IMG/VR virus record: IMGVR_UViG_2609459794_000002
Span: 1 to 10,524 of that record
Origin: a virus
Lineage: Duplodnaviria; Heunggongvirae; Uroviricota; Caudoviricetes
Direction: 5' to 3' (one strand)
DNA length: 10,524 bases
The notes beneath the pieces are model-generated. The model was given only the letters and a program-made list of their open reading frames with translations, was not told where the DNA came from and searched no databases. Positions 10,004 through 10,524 of this stretch are shown piece after piece (the stretch's first letter is position 1; each line of letters begins with the position of its first letter). Both the position numbers and the translations under genes were made by a program.

Positions 10004-10177
10004 ATGGTTGCTGTAAATCATATACCACACCTTGTACACACACAAACGGCCTTTGTGTGGCGTTTTCTGGCACTGAGTGCCGGAGAATCTCAAATCATCC
10101 ACGTAACCGCCTGGACGGAACGCGAAGCGCGTAGCCGTTGCCCGTCCGGTTGTGTTGCTGTATTCGCTGCAAAAATC
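10004..10177 (+). pseudogene. 5' part of an unknown gene, apparently interrupted by the IS1 insertion
   Basis: ATG at 10004 preceded by AGGAG with a 5-nt spacer. The ORF (MVAVNHIPHLVHTQTAFVWRFLALSAGESQIIHVTAWTEREARSRCPSGCVAVFAAKI) runs straight into the IS1 terminal inverted repeat at 10178. Confidence 0.4.
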
Positions 10178-10524
10178 GGTAATGACTCCAACTTATTGAT
10201 AGTGTTTTATGTTCAGATAATGCCCGATGACTTTGTCATGCAGCTCCACCGATTTTGAGAACGACAGCGACTTCCGTCCCAGCCGTGCCAGGTGCTGCCT
10301 CAGATTCAGGTTATGCCGCTCAATTCGCTGCGTATATCGCTTGCTGATTACGTGCAGCTTTCCCTTCAGGCGGGATTCATACAGCGGCCAGCCATCCGTC
10401 ATCCATATCACCACGTCAAAGGGTGACAGCAGGCTCATAAGACGCCCCAGCGTCGCCATAGTGCGTTCACCGAATACGTGCGCAACAACCGTCTTCCGGA
10501 GCCTGTCATACGCGTAAAACAGCC
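10178..10524 (-). mobile_element. IS1 insertion sequence, partial (right end inward; continues past the window edge)
   Basis: Begins with the IS1 terminal inverted repeat GGTAATGACTCCAACTTATTGATAGTG. The minus-strand translation is the InsB C-terminus (...[109 protein letters not shown]). Confidence 0.9.
10193..10524 (-). CDS. insB: IS1 transposase InsB, C-terminal part (N-terminus outside the window)
   Basis: The minus-strand frame is continuous from the window edge through the track ORF 10193..10459. Sequence recognised as IS1 InsB. Confidence 0.8.
   Translation of the reverse strand, partial: LFYAYDRLRKTVVAHVFGERTMATLGRLMSLLSPFDVVIWMTDGWPLYESRLKGKLHVISKRYTQRIERHNLNLRQHLARLGRKSLSFSKSVELHDKVIGHYLNIKHYQ

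Noticed and set aside
9131-10258. 375-aa plus-strand ORF from the supplied track
   Set aside because: The translation is low-complexity (Ser/Cys/Ala/Leu-rich), starts inside the Bro-N gene, runs through a convergent terminator hairpin, is antisense to two minus-strand ORFs with good ribosome-binding sites, and ends inside the IS1 terminal repeat. Only its last 58 codons (from the ATG at 10004, which has a strong RBS) look like a real gene start.

Overview
This window reads as the lysis-to-head stretch of a defective lambdoid prophage fused to a satellite-like integrase module, then cut by IS1. No tools were run; family and gene names rest on reading the translations and on remembered lambda, phage 21 and IS1 sequences, so they need search confirmation. 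Left to right: the 3' end of a pinholin-like holin, a SAR endolysin, Rz with embedded Rz1, a KilA-N-like gene with a small overlapping ORF, then an opposite-strand pair (small ribbon-helix-helix protein plus an AT-rich 136-aa protein) beside the cos site. After cos come near-lambda Nu1, A and W, and a portal gene B that carries an in-frame TGA and loses lambda similarity near 6840. Downstream lies a P4-like tyrosine integrase preceded by three TGTGTATTGCAA repeats, an AlpA-like regulator, a Bro-N gene, two convergent minus-strand small genes, and a divergent operator region with a perfect 12-bp inverted repeat. An ORF with a strong RBS is then interrupted at 10178 by a partial IS1. The most interesting candidates are the integrase-AlpA-Bro module with its switch region, and the RHH plus AT-rich cassette next to cos.
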